This document shows, piece by piece, positions 40,140 through 53,338 of a stretch of DNA of 64,000 nt. The notes under the pieces were generated by a model that was not told the origin of the DNA, did no database searches, and worked only from the letters and a program-made list of their open reading frames with translations. Positions within the stretch are counted from its first letter, which is position 1. Each line of letters starts with the position of its first letter. The position numbers were made by a program, and so were the translations under genes. Source of the stretch: the human T2T-CHM13v2.0 reference genome, Homo sapiens; NCBI RefSeq assembly GCF_009914755.1, contig NC_060925.1; one strand, given 5' to 3'.

Positions 40140-42390
40140 GTTCCCATTTCTCCTTCATCCAGTAGAGCCGAGATGAGCCTGAGTCTCCCACTAACCCTCA
40201 TTCAATGTTAATAAGAAATAATTACTTGTTGTTTTAAACCACAAGTATTTTTAGTACCCCTCTTCCAGTTTAACCTAGAGAAACCTGAATATAGAATTTG
40301 GTATCCAAGCAATGGCGTGCTGCTAAAACAAAACACCAATGTATGTGGCATTTGCTACAGGCTGGAGGAAGGCAGTGAGGACACTAAAATAGTATGCTGG
40401 AAAAAGAGAGACCACGGGATGCTGTAGCGAAATACTTGGTAAAATGATCACTTACAAGGGAGAAGATGTACTTAATAAACTTTGAGGTTTAGAGGTAAAG
40501 TTTTGGAGCAAAATGTTGGCAGTTTGAGTTGGCCAGTATTTGTTCTACTTGAAAAGGTAAACCAAGTAAGAAATAAGCTCAGGAAAAAAATGGTTAGTTT
40601 TGAAGTAGGGAAAGAAGGGAACATATTTAGAGATTTTTCAGGGCTGATAAAAACATTTATCCTTCATCTCCAGTTGGTAAAAGATTCTCAAATCGAGGTC
40701 AAAGCTAAAGATAAAATCCAAATCAAGGTGTGCCCACGGACACATAACCTGGAGACAAAGACTAAATAAAAAGCACAAGTGTCAAAACTTTTCTTAAGTC
40801 TGATTGTATCAAGTAACCCTGAAAAATAATTTCCTTTGGACAAAATTTCTTACAGATGGGAGTACACCTTTGTGGTTTTGTGGAAGCTTGATGTATTAGT
40901 CAGCTCAGGCTGCCATAACAAATTACCGAACTGGGTGGTTTAAAAACAGATTATTTCTCAGTTTTGGAAGCTGGAAGTCCAAGATTAGGTGCCATCACAG
41001 CCAGGTTCTGGTGAGGTTCTTGCTTGCATGCAGATGACCACCTTCTCACTGTTTCCTCACATAACAAAGAGAGTGACCTTAAGAGAAGAGGGTTTCTTTT
41101 CTTAAAAATACTGATCTCATCATGAGAGCCCTACCCTCATGGCCTCATCTAAACCTAATCAGCTTCAGAAGCCACGACTCCAAATACCATCACATTGGAG
41201 TTTCAACATAGAAATGTTTGGGAATGGGGCACAATTTAGTCTATAGCATCCGATAAACAGAAATAATTTATAATTACGTCTAAAAAGAGTGTGAGAAAGC
41301 CCCTGTCTCAGAAAGAATTGCAGATGTGGGTATTGGCACATAAAGCTGACTGGAATCAAAGAAATAAATGCTAGCAAAATTTTTGAGCATTGCATTGTCA
41401 AAAGTGCTGTGTATCTTGATGAAAATGACTAAATATTTTTGACATAAAATGTCCCTTAGTCTCTCAGCCCTCTATGGGTAGAAAAAGACTGAGAAATTTA
41501 TTCAATAATAAGGTAGGCACATCCTCAATGCCTTTTGAAGCTATGACCAAAGAGAATATCCTCAAAGAAAAAGCCAAGTTCCCTGGAGAACAAAGAATAG
41601 AATAGTCAATTCTAGGGAACAGAACTGGAGCTTGATCAGGAAGCATTACCTATACAAGGTTAGGGGCAATCTCCTATTTGTCCAATGTGATTTCAGAATT
41701 TCACAAAAACTGGTGATTACTGTAAATATTTATTTTCCTTGCTTCTATATGAATATTCATTGTAATTATCTTGTCCCTGTTCCCTCACTGTACTTTGGAT
41801 ATATAGGGGATCAGATAGCTTTTCTTTTTAATTAGAAGTTCTTTGATTCAAGAAAAACCCTAACAGCATCTAATTTGGATTAAAAGTCTTGGTTTTTAAG
41901 CCTTTTCAAAGTTTTAGATGAGGCATTAAGTGGCTTGGGGATGGAATAAGTATATATTTTGCCTGAAGTATGGAAGTTAATGTTATGTTAGATTGTATTA
42001 TTAGTTTAAAATTATACGTTTCCTCTTCATACTTGTCATGCTTCCTGGTACCACTGAATTTGGGATTGGCCATGTGGCATACATTTGCCAATTCAGTATG
42101 AACACTTGGGACTTTTGACAAATCTGATCCGAAGATTTAATTGTAACTGAAATGGCTTTACTGGGGTCCTCTTGCTCTAGCACTCCCTCATCAGCACTTT
42201 TCTGAGATAGAAGCACCTGCTTCAGCCTAGATTCTGGATTGGGAATGTATATAAAGCCAAGTCTCGGTCAACCAAAGCAAAGCCCAACACAACCACAATT
42301 CACCTGAAATCCTTATGTAACATATATGACAAATAAATCATTTTTAAATATTGAGATTTATAAAAATTGTTTAAATGTATAGTCCAGGAA
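40140..42390 (+). mobile_element. Old MLT1 MaLR provirus remnant (LTR end, internal part, LTR)
   Basis: LTR end ttgttgttttaaaccac...ctgaata, then gaatttggtatccaagcaatgg (PBS-like) and MLT1-int-like sequence, then an LTR-like block near 41990-42390. Confidence 0.55.
40892..41248 (-). mobile_element. MLT1A0-like solo LTR nested in MLT1-int
   Basis: tgtattagtcagctcaggctgccataacaaattacc ... cacaatttagtctatagca. Confidence 0.85.
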
Positions 42391-42579
42391 ATTCAGATTG
42401 CAGAGATTTTTAATTTTAATGAGATAATAAAATGGTTATAATATAATGTTGAGTGATAATAGCAGGGTTGGAAGTGTTGTCTATAGAATAATCCTGATTA
42501 TATAGAAGAAAATTTTCAGAGCTATATGTATTCATCATATGAGAAAAAAACAGTGCAGCATCAACAATTGTTATTTTTG

Positions 42580-42790
42580 GACAGCAGACTGAAGAGAGAT
42601 TTAGGGCTTTGTATTCAGAAGATCTAGATTCAATTTGCTGTTCAGCCACTCACTAGCCATGTGATTTTGAGGGGAGCAGTTCAAGTTCTCTGCTTCAGAT
42701 TCTTCATTTTTAACAGTATCTTTGTGTGCCTTGGTTGGTTATTGTGAGATTAGGTAAGACATGAGTATATAGGTATTAATATGTGTAAAT
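42580..42790 (+). mobile_element. MIR
   Basis: cagaagatctagattcaatttgctgttcagccactcactagccatgtgatttt. Confidence 0.65.
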
Positions 42791-43511
42791 GAATTAGTAA
42801 AATATGTCAGAGTAATCTCTTGATAAATTCTAGTTATTATGATTATTTCAATATTATTATACAATATTTCTGTATTTCCAATTTTTTTTCTATGGGAATG
42901 TTACTTTTTTTAGTCAAACAAAAAAATCAAAATCAATAAGGTAGAAAACTTAAATTGCCAAGTTCTAATATAAAAAATAGCACTTTAAATGGCTTATTGA
43001 TGAGAGGTAATGGTACCTAGCCAAAAGGCATAGTGGGGAGACAGCAGACAACTACAAAGCAGAAGCATGCTGGAGCCATTCTGATTAACGGCGCATGGTG
43101 GTCAGAGAAGCTGGCTGATTATTCACCATGTATTGTAAGGAATATGTTGAAAGTGACCCAGAAATGAGAAAAAGGACAGAGGAGTCATTGGAAAAGATAG
43201 TTCGCTTTGGAAACTTTAGAACGTTCTTTGCACCCAGTGGGATGTAGTTTGATGAAGTCCTGGCTTATGTGCCAGGAAAAATACCTAATGAAGGCTTGAT
43301 GCCTGCAGAGAGAAAACAGGCTGATATCTCAGCTTTCACACCTCTTTAATGGGAAATAACCAGTAGATGGTGACTTTTCAGCAGAGTTAGAGGATCTCTT
43401 AACTATTGGTACTTACAAGGTCTCCTGTAAAATCAAAAGGATTTTCTGACGTCAAAGCTGTTGTAAAGTTGCTGTGTCAGCAGTGAATTAAAAAAAAAAA
43501 AAAAAAAAAAA

Positions 43512-43815
43512 GGCCATTATCCTTAGCAAACAGCACAAGAACAGAAAACCAAAAACCGCATGTTCTCACTTATGAGTAGGAGCTAAATGATGAGAACACA
43601 TGGACACACAGAGGGGAACAACAGGTACTGGGGTCTATTGGACGTTTGAGAGTGGGAGGAGGGAGAAGATTAGGAAAAATAACTAATGGGTACTAGACTT
43701 AATACCTGGGTGATGAGATGGTCTGTACAACAAACTCGCATAACACACATTTACCTATGTAACAAACCTGCATGTGTACCACTGAACTTAAAATAAAAGT
43801 TAAAAAAAAAAAAAA
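43512..43815 (+). mobile_element. Short L1PA13-16-like 3' fragment
   Basis: ggccattatccttagcaaac...gcatgttctcacttatgagtaggagctaaatgatgagaac...aacttaaaataaaagttaaaaa; A-tracts on both sides. Confidence 0.88.
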
Positions 43816-44124
43816 GCCCAGGCTGTTTCTGCAAGAACTAGAAGCATAAATATTAATTATAAGTATGTTCAGAACCAATATATACTATGGGTAATACAAC
43901 AACCTAAGTCTACTCCTAAATTACTCCATGACTTTGTAATAATGGTTAGCATCTTGAGATATCAAAATATTCATTTATATAAAATTGATTGTGTTTGTTA
44001 TATGATCTTTTAGATCCTTTTTCTTCCTAATCTTTTTGTATGCTTTAATTTCTTTACATTTTGATACAGAAGCATATTTCATTTAACATTAATGTATAAT
44101 AATAAGTAATTGATGCTTAAAAAT

Positions 44125-44440
44125 AGACACTTTCAAAATTGAAGTATAACATCACACAGTTTACAGGTCACATGTAGACAGCTCAGTGAATTTCCACAAG
44201 TGCACACCCATGTAACCATTACTCAGATCAAGAAATAGAACATTACTAGCCACCCAGATGTTCCTCTCATAGGGTAGTAACTCATCCTTTGAATTACCAC
44301 CTTTTCCCAGGGTAATCACTAACCTGACCTACAACAGAAATTATTTTTGCCTGTTCTTGAACTTTATAGAAATGGAATCATATAGCATTTTTTTTTTGTT
44401 TTCCATGTGACTTTCTTCACTCAACATTATAGCTATCAAA
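44125..44440 (-). mobile_element. Old L1M 3' fragment
   Basis: aattgaagtataac...cagatcaagaaatagaacatt...tttttgcctgttcttgaactttatagaaatggaatcat. Confidence 0.75.
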
Positions 44441-44779
44441 TTTTAACAGGAATGTTTAAAACAACAAATAGGTAATATTTTAATTGATAAGGCACAGATG
44501 GATAATTAATGCCTAACTGCATTGTTAAATACACAATCCAAAAAAAGCACTACCTTGTGGTAGCTATTTTCTCATATTTTATTTTCCTCCTAATGTGGCA
44601 GCCTCAGGGCGGTGCTTCAGTGAGCAAGGGGAGCATCTCATAGCCTTTTCTTACTTAGCCTTGGGGATTAGGCAGTGTCACATCAGTCACATTCTATAGT
44701 TACAAGGAAGTAATAAAGTTACCAGATTCAAGGGAAAGGAATTAGACTCCACCCTTGAAGGGAGTCTCAAGTTTCTAGA

Positions 44780-44972
44780 ACAGAAGCTGGCAAACTCTCT
44801 GCAAAAGATCAAAGAGTGCGTATTTTAGACTTTGCAGGCCACATGCAATCCCTTTCACATATTATTTTTCAATAGAATACAAAAATCTTGGTTGTGGGTA
44901 GTAAAAAAAAAAAGCAAACAGGCAATTCAAATCTAGGTGGATTTAGTCTGTAGGCTGTAGTTTGTTGGTTCT
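44780..44972 (+). mobile_element. MER58A-like DNA transposon
   Basis: ggcaaactctctgcaaaagatcaaagagtg..tattttagactttgcaggccaca...ggatttagtctgtaggctgtagtttg. Confidence 0.7.
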
Positions 44973-45261
44973 AGAATAATATAGGAGATGAAAGACATTG
45001 TAGCCATCATTAGAAAACAATATGCCACAAAATGAACATGAAAGAAACCTCCAGGCATGTGACAAGATGACCACTGTGGCTGGATAGGAGAGTGTGTAAA
45101 ATAGAGTGAAAAAGCAACAAAATGTAAAGTAAATAGATCATGAATACTTAATTTTTATTTTATTCTATACCTCATTGTCAGTTCTTATATTAAACAGCTA
45201 AATTTTGCAGGCTGTGTGACACATTGCAAATATCTAGGTAATATTCAGCCTGACATAGACT

Positions 45262-45579
45262 CTTTTTTTTTTTTTTTTTTTTTGAGACAGAGTCTCGTGA
45301 TGTCGCCCAGGCTGGAGTGCAGTGGCGCGATCTCCGGTCACTGCAAGCTCCGCCTACCGGGTTCACGCCATTCACCTGCCCCAGCCTCCTGAGTAGCTGG
45401 GACTACAGGCGCCTGCCACCACGCCTGGCTTTTTTTTTTTTTTTTTTTTTTTTGTATTTTTAGTGGAGACAGGGTTTCACCTTGTTAGCCAGGATGGTCT
45501 CCATCTCCTGACCTTGTGATCCGCCGGTCTCGGCCTCCCAAAGTTCTGGGATTACAGGCGTGAGCAACCGTGCCCGGCC
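45262..45579 (-). mobile_element. AluY with TSD and an expanded internal A-tract
   Basis: ctgcaagctccgcc...gggttcacgccatt (AluY); TSD ctgacatagact at 45250-45261 and 45584-45595. Confidence 0.97.
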
Positions 45580-45619
45580 CAATCTGACATAGACTTGATT
45601 TCATATTCTGCTAAACAGA

Positions 45620-46600
45620 TGCACACATGATAATACAAGATGATCAGTGACGTGGGAAATGTTTGTGCAAAGTACTCTCAGAGAATAGTACATAGAAGGA
45701 AAATTTAAGTTGTTTTGTGGGAAGACTTCAAAGAAGAGGGGATATTTAAACTGGTCTTTAAAAGATGAATACAAGTTGTTAAGAATAGAAAGGGAGAAAA
45801 GCAGAAGAATAAGCACAATAAAATATTCAGGAAAATACACAACGTATTTGGTAAAATGTGAGTAGATTGGGATTTCAAACGTTTAGGATCAGTGATGTGG
45901 GGATGTTAAAACCAGAGTAGATAAGGAGAATTAGTTTGAACAGTGTCTTCAATAACATACTAAAAAGTCTGAGGCTTTTGGCCAAGAGTTCTCATACCCT
46001 CTATCTTGAATTCTTAATATTTTTCAGTGGTGCCCCAGGAGGTAGGGCATAGGAAGATTCAGTGGGCACAACTCTGAGCCCTCCACCCTCTAACAAGCTC
46101 CTCCCTTCTTAGGCCAGAGAAACTCTTTCTTTATCTGGAGATATCATTGCAGAGCAAATTATATAGAGGCATTGTTAAAAAAGATTTTAAAATAAATTGA
46201 TAATAATTGTTATATGCAATGGGTAGCCACCAGGTGTTTGAAAGCTGGAGAATGCTATGCTGAGTTACACCTTTCATATTATGATTTTGTGGAGAATATG
46301 TCATTTGAAAGAGTACACATGTGAAGCAGGGAGACCAGTTAGGAAGTAGGCAATTTGGAAAGTCTCAATTAAAGGTAGTCGTAGTGCAGATTTTAATAAA
46401 TATATTCAGGAAGTATTTTTAAAGCAATCAAGGACTAATTGGATATGAATTAAAGGGAAAAAGTGGAGTCAAATATTATTTTTTAGATGAATGCAAAATT
46501 ATCTTTGATGCAAATAAAATTTAAAAAGGAGATTTGTAATTTGAGGAATGTAATCAAATGTATTAAGAATATATTATGTTGGGGGTGTTATTAGAATAAC
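45620..46600 (-). mobile_element. L2 fragments
   Basis: gggaagacttcaaagaagaggggatatttaaactgg and gaagcagggagaccagttaggaag are typical antisense L2. Confidence 0.6.
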
Positions 46601-46639
46601 AGTACTTAATAAGCAGTTGAGAATACATATTGGAGCATG

Positions 46640-48300
46640 AAATAAATTAGAAAATCTTCAACAGACAGAACATAGCTAAAAAATTAGGAGCAGATAAGAT
46701 ACTATCCCAGTGTGATATATGCAACAAAAAAGAAAAGTAAATGAGACCGAACTCTAGGGAGTCAGTCACTTAAGGGCTAGAGAAAGAGTAAAAAGAACAA
46801 TTGAGAAATATAGAAGATGAATGAGGAGAGAACACTTGGATAATCTAAATAAAAACAGAACCTTGAGAAACAAATAGTCAACAGAACCAAAGTCATTAGA
46901 AATGAAATAACGTAGAACGATAATACAAAAGAAGCCACCAGATGGGAAGGTGAGCAACTGATGAGGGAGTTTTGCAAAAGTTTCTGTAGATGGCTGAAAG
47001 AGAAGTTTATTAGGTAGGCACAATGCCTTAATATTTTATTCATCTCACATGTAATATTACTTCCTGGATTGATTTAAACTCATTTACAATTAGAAATGGA
47101 AAAATTAGCTCTGTTTGGAGTACTCAAAGAAGTAAAAATCAGTATCATAGAAAAATTATTAAAATTTTAAATTTCAATTTAAAAATATATTTAAAATAAA
47201 GGTACATTAAAATAAATTCTTAAAAATGTTCAAGTTTTAAATGTAAACTAATTTTTTTATAAAAATAGGTGTTGAATGAAATATTGAAATAGCATACTAC
47301 ATATTTAGGATAATTTAAATGGAATAATAAACACAGACATTCTGATAAAACTACTAGATTATAAGAAAAGAAAAATATTTTGGAGGCCTCTAAGAAAAGT
47401 CCCTTGCAAGTGAGGGAAATTAGATTATTATTAGACTTTTCGATAACAATAATCTTATGCCAGAAGACAATGGAATAGCACATTCAGTACTCTAGGAGAG
47501 AAAAATGTAAGCCAACAATTTTATATTCAGCCAACTTACTTTTCAAATATAAAGATGTGTACACTGTGATAAATATACAAGGACTCAGGCAAGGGTATTC
47601 CCACAGTCATTTCCTTGGGAAATATTTTTATAAGCACTTTCTGAAAAATCTATTAAAGAATAAGATTAGATAGCCAAATGCCAGAATAGACATCAACATA
47701 AATACTGATGATAAACATAAAAATACATTTTCTTTCAGAACCAATACCAAATAATGATTACAAAAAAGAGTGGAGTGGTCATAATAATGGTTAAAAAAGA
47801 AAATATGAAATGGCTATATACTCTAATAAGGTAAAAAGAATATAACCATCAAAAATAAGAAGAAAGTGTGGGGGGATCATATGCAAAGTAGAATAAATGT
47901 TTTAATTCCTTATGATTTTAATTAACAGGAAATTTTTAACAACATAATATGGCATGGGAAAGGAAGGAGAGGGGAAAGAATTGGTGAATAGCTAATTTCC
48001 TTATTGTTCATAATAGGGTATCAATAGATAATGAGAAATAAAGAGAGAAAAACTTTGGCTTCATATAATTATGTATATGAAAGTAAATTTTTGAATAAAA
48101 ATAAAAATCTTCCTAAATATAAAAATAAAGTAAATAAATAAACTACATAATGAAAGATTATATAAAATCATTAACACAGAAGAGAGGACAATTTTATCAA
48201 TTATATCTGTAAGTACAAGTGAACTTAACACCCCTGGTAAATAAAACGATTTTCATTTTGCCTAATGAGCAGAATATTAAGTAACAAATTGGCAAAGGGA
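46640..48300 (+). mobile_element. Ancient L1/HAL1 ORF1-like remnant
   Basis: A-rich; atgccagaagacaatggaatagcacattcagtactctaggagagaaaaatgtaagccaacaattttatattcagcc resembles the ORF1 C-terminal region. Confidence 0.55.
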
Positions 48301-48379
48301 TTCAAAAGAAACTAGTCAAGTAAAACATGCTGCATCCACTAATGAGATAGGGCAAAAGCATGGTGAAAGTGCCCTATAA

Positions 48380-50900
48380 TTAGATGCAGATTATTTCTAG
48401 TTCATCTGAAGTAATCACCATCCTGAATCTTAAGTCTATTAACTCCTTTCTTTCTTTACACCATAGTTTTATTGCACATATTTGTATTACTATGGAGTAT
48501 ATTTTTAAATTATAATTATATTAATTTATATAAAAATTATACTCCGTGTATTCTTTTGGACTTTTTTTAACTTCTGTTAATGTTAACATTTATTCATATA
48601 ATGTGCCTTTTACAGGAATCACATACTCATGTGGTTTTGGTCCATTTGCTTTGACTGCTTTATAATAGTTGTGAGTGTGTGTGTTTGTAAATTTATTCTT
48701 CCCCTCTGCATGGTTATCTATTCCTATTTGGGTTTACTCTAGGTTTTTACTACTGCAAATAGTATTGCTATGGAAGGATATTCCTGTGTTTATATGAGGT
48801 ACAAATACAATTTTATCTATTTCAGTTAATTATTTTTTTCTGACTTATCAATGATTTGATCTGTCAATTCTGGCTTATTCCAAGTTGCATATATGCATAG
48901 ATTGGTTTGTGGGTGCTGTATTTTATTTCTTTAGTCTATATCTTTCAGTATGTCACTGTCTTAATTACTGTAGTTTATAAGTGTTCTGAATATTCCCGAC
49001 ATTTTATGCTTTCAAGAAATTCTGGAGTCATTCTATTAAGTTTCCTAAAAGTCTACATTGAGATTTTGATCAGAATTGCATTTTGTAAGTGTTTATCAAT
49101 CTAGATATTTATATGTGTTTATCATTCTCCTCTGTCACTTTCATTTTCACTCCTCACTACTTCCTTCTTTATTCTCAAAGTTTATCCTTTAGAAGTTCCT
49201 TCTTTAAAGGTCTGTCATGGTTCAATCCTTTCAGGTTTCATTTGTCTTACAATTGTTTTATTTCTTCATTATTCTGAAGGAAAAACTCAGCTCTACATCA
49301 ATTCTGTGATATGGTATGGTGATATTTTCTCTTATCACCTTGAGAAATAATTTTGTATCTATATTTTTGTTGACATCGCATTTAAATTTTTGCATTGTAT
49401 AATATATTTTCCTCGTGTCTGCTTTTAACTTTTTTTTCTTGGATATTGTGCTCTTTCAGTATGGTGTTTTTAATGTGTGAATCGCTTTTCTTTATCTTGC
49501 ATGGGGTTTCCTGAATCTGAGGCATTATGTCTTTCGTTGATTCTGGAAAATTCTCAGACATTCCTCAAATATAATCTTCTTAACATTCTGATTCCTTTCC
49601 CATAATGCTATTAATTAATTTTTGGATCTTCTCATTCTATACTTTGTGTTTTTAGGCAATTCTTTTCTATATTTAATTTTTCTCTATGCTAAATTCCAAT
49701 TCATTATTTAGTTTTCTTTTTTGGTTTAATAGCTCTCTTCTGTTTTGTCCTAACTTCTGTTTTCACTTTTTAAATTTATCTCTGTTTTTTCTTCCTCATC
49801 TTTTATTTTATTTATTGTAGTATCACATTTATTTCCCATGTGTTTCATTCCAATTGTTAATTCTTTAATCACTTTACTTATTTCATTTTTCAGTTTACTA
49901 TGGTATGAATGTTTGGCTCTTCCCAAATTTATTTTAAAATTTAATTGCTATTGTAACAATATTAAGAGATGGCATCTTTAAGAGAATAATTTGTTCACGA
50001 GTGCTCCACCCTCATGAGTGGGATCGGTGTCATTATAAAATGGCACATTTAGCCCCATCTTGCTCTCTCTCTTTGCCTTTTTGCCATGTGATGCATCTCA
50101 TCACGTGATGACACAGTAAGAAGGCCCTAGCCAGATTCCAGCACCTTGATATTGTACTTCCCAGCTTCCAGAACTGTGAGCCAATAAATCTCTGTTCACT
50201 ATAAATTATCCAGTCTGTGGGATTCTGTTATAGCAGCACAAAATGGACTAAGACACCGTCTATATCTGATAATACATTGTCTCAATATCGAGGCATCTAA
50301 TTCTGTGGCTGCTATTGTTGTTTATTTTCTTGCTGCCTGGATTGAAGAATGAATCCTTTCAGAAAATATTTGGATTTGCTTCTGTCAGGCACCCAATTAA
50401 CAGCTATATGGCAAAACCTCTTTTCATGTAAATTTCTAAGTAAACTTTTAGGAGATAATATTCAGCCTGAGCTGATAAAGTATTCATGGCACTCCTATGT
50501 GATATGGGCAGAATTTTTTTTTTCTGTATTACCCTTTCGCTAAAGATTTTATCGTTAGAGCATTCAATCTTCTCATTTTTAAAATGGTGGTAGAGAAGGA
50601 GGCATGTACTTTAGTTTCAACTCCCTAAAAGGGAGTTTTCCACTAAAAGACTCTCACTAAAACTGTTATGTTACTTGAAGACTGGCAAATGCACCCATGG
50701 TGGTTAATTATCTGTACTACTTTTTCACTTTGGTTTTTAAAGTTCGGTTTGTTTATAAACCCGTGAGATCTTCCTTTGCCCTTATCTTTTATGTGTTCAT
50801 CTATGAATTACAAAGAATATTCACCACATATAACACTATATATTTTTGAGTGTTTTGTCATATATGACATTTTAAAAGATATCTAGACTTCTATGCTAAC
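48380..50900 (-). mobile_element. Ancient L1M/HAL1 remnants
   Basis: T-rich; ttctggaaaattctcagacatt and tatcctttagaagttccttc are antisense ORF1-like motifs. Confidence 0.5.
49896..50255 (+). mobile_element. MSTC/MSTD-like MaLR solo LTR
   Basis: tactatggtatgaatgttt ... cccagcttccagaactgtgagccaataaat ... aaatggactaagaca. Confidence 0.85.
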
Positions 50901-51342
50901 AAAAATAGAAGTTTCCATCCAATATTACATCCACATCAGAATTAATTCCATATTCTCCAAAACAAAAAATTACATAGTTTATTGCTACTGAGGAAAACCA
51001 CTATCCAAAAATAAGTTGTATTATTTTGTCTTTTGTATTTCCCCATCCTGCTTCTTTTTCTCCCATCTGCAACACCTAGAGTTAGTTTAGGTATCTAGCA
51101 ATTGTCAAATAAGTAAATAAATAAAACCTGTGGGAGTTCAATCATGCTATAGGTAATTTCAGTTCTTTTCTGCGTAAAATAACATTTTATTTGAAGGAGC
51201 TGAAATAAACAAAATGACTTTAACTTACAGCTAATAATTCTAGTTCTGAATGAATCTGAACTGTAGGCCAGCAAAAATGCTTATTTTAATGTTAAAATTT
51301 TAATACATATAATTAATAGATATTATTCTATGAACATTGTTA

Positions 51343-51746
<404 letters not shown>

Positions 51747-52621
51747 ATACACAGAGAAAATGAGTTAGCCTATCTTTTAATATTCATCTTTTCATTTACC
51801 TGTCTTTTTTATTATTACAAATTATTAAAAGAAATACATAAGCACCTGAAAAATTAAATTTATAAACTGTTTATTAGTTCATAATTAATTCATCTTTGAA
51901 GCTACGTCAAGATTATTCCCTATGGTCTTTCAGTAAGAAAAATAAACAAGAAAATCATAAGATCATTCAGTGTGTAAGCCATTGACATTAAGAACAGTTT
52001 TGTTGGAATCAAGGAGGCAAGTGTTTGATTCAGATTAGTTCATAGAAGAAGAGGATCTAAGAATTTGGAAAGAACACACATAGGCAAAATTCAGAGGAAC
52101 AGAATACATTTTCCATTTATAATAACCCCTGCCCACACACATGCATAGCCTCTCTGATTATCAATATTCCCTACTAGGGTGGTTCATTTGTTACAATGAT
52201 GAACCCACATTGACACATCTTTGTCATTCAGAGTTCGTAGTTTACATTAAGGTTCACTCTTGGTGTACATTCAGAGTTTGAACAAATGGGTAATTACATG
52301 AATTCACCATTACATTATCATACAGTTTTTTTCATCCTAAGAATCCTGTGTTCTGCTTATTTATTCCTCTCTCTGCCTCTGAACTCCTGGCAACTATGGC
52401 TTTTTTTACTGTCTCCATAGTTTTGGCTTTTCTAGAATATCATATAGTTGGAATCATACAGTATGTAGCCTTTCAGACAGGCTTCTTTCACTTAGTAATA
52501 TGCATTTAAATTTCCTCGTGTCTTGTCATGGATTGATAGATCATTTCTTTTTATCACTGAATAACATTCCATAGTCTGGATGTATCACAGTTTATTTATC
52601 CATTCCCTTACTGAAGAATAC

Positions 52622-53338
52622 TGATAGGGTTTTGCTGTATCCCCACCCAAAATCTCATCTTGAATTGTAATCCTCAAATTCCCATGTGTCAAGGAGGGGA
52701 CCAGGTGGAGGTCATGGGGGTGGTTTCCGCCATGCTTTGTTGTGATAGTGAGTTAGTGTCATTCAAGATCTGTTGGTTTTATAAGTGTCTGGCATTTCCC
52801 CTGCTCGCTCTCACTCCATCCTGTCACCCTGTGAAGAAGAAGGTGCCTGCCTCTCCTTTACCTTTCCACATGATTGTAAGTGATATGGTTTGGCTGTGTC
52901 CTCACCCAAATCTCATCTTGAATTCCCGCGTGTTGTGGGAGGGACGCGGTGAGAGGTAATTTAATCATGGAGGCAGGTCTTTCCTGTGCTCTCATGATTG
53001 TGAATAAGTCTCATGAAATCTGATGGTTTTAAAAAGAGGAGTTCCCCTGCACAAGCTCTTTTTCCCTGACGCCATCCACATAAGATGTGATTTGTTCCTC
53101 CTTGCCTTCCACCATGATGGTGAGGCCTCCCCAGCGATGTGGAACTGAAAGTCCAATAAACTTCTGTCTTTTGTAAATTGCCCAGTCTTGGGTATGTCAG
53201 CGTGAAAACGGACTAATACAGTAGGTTTCCTGAGGCCTCTCCAGCAATGCAGAACTGAGAGTCAATTAAATCTCTTTTCTTTATAAATTACCCAGTCTCA
53301 GGTATTTCTTCATAGCTGTGTAAGAATGGACTAATACA
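52622..53338 (+). mobile_element. MSTA/THE1D-like LTR (outer, split)
   Basis: tgatagggttttgctgtatcccc...ccacatgattgtaag, resuming tttcctgaggcctctccagc...ggactaataca. Confidence 0.88.
52881..53220 (+). mobile_element. THE1A/B-like solo LTR (inner)
   Basis: tgatatggtttggctgtgtcc ... gactaataca; 5-bp TSD gtaag / gtagg. Confidence 0.9.
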
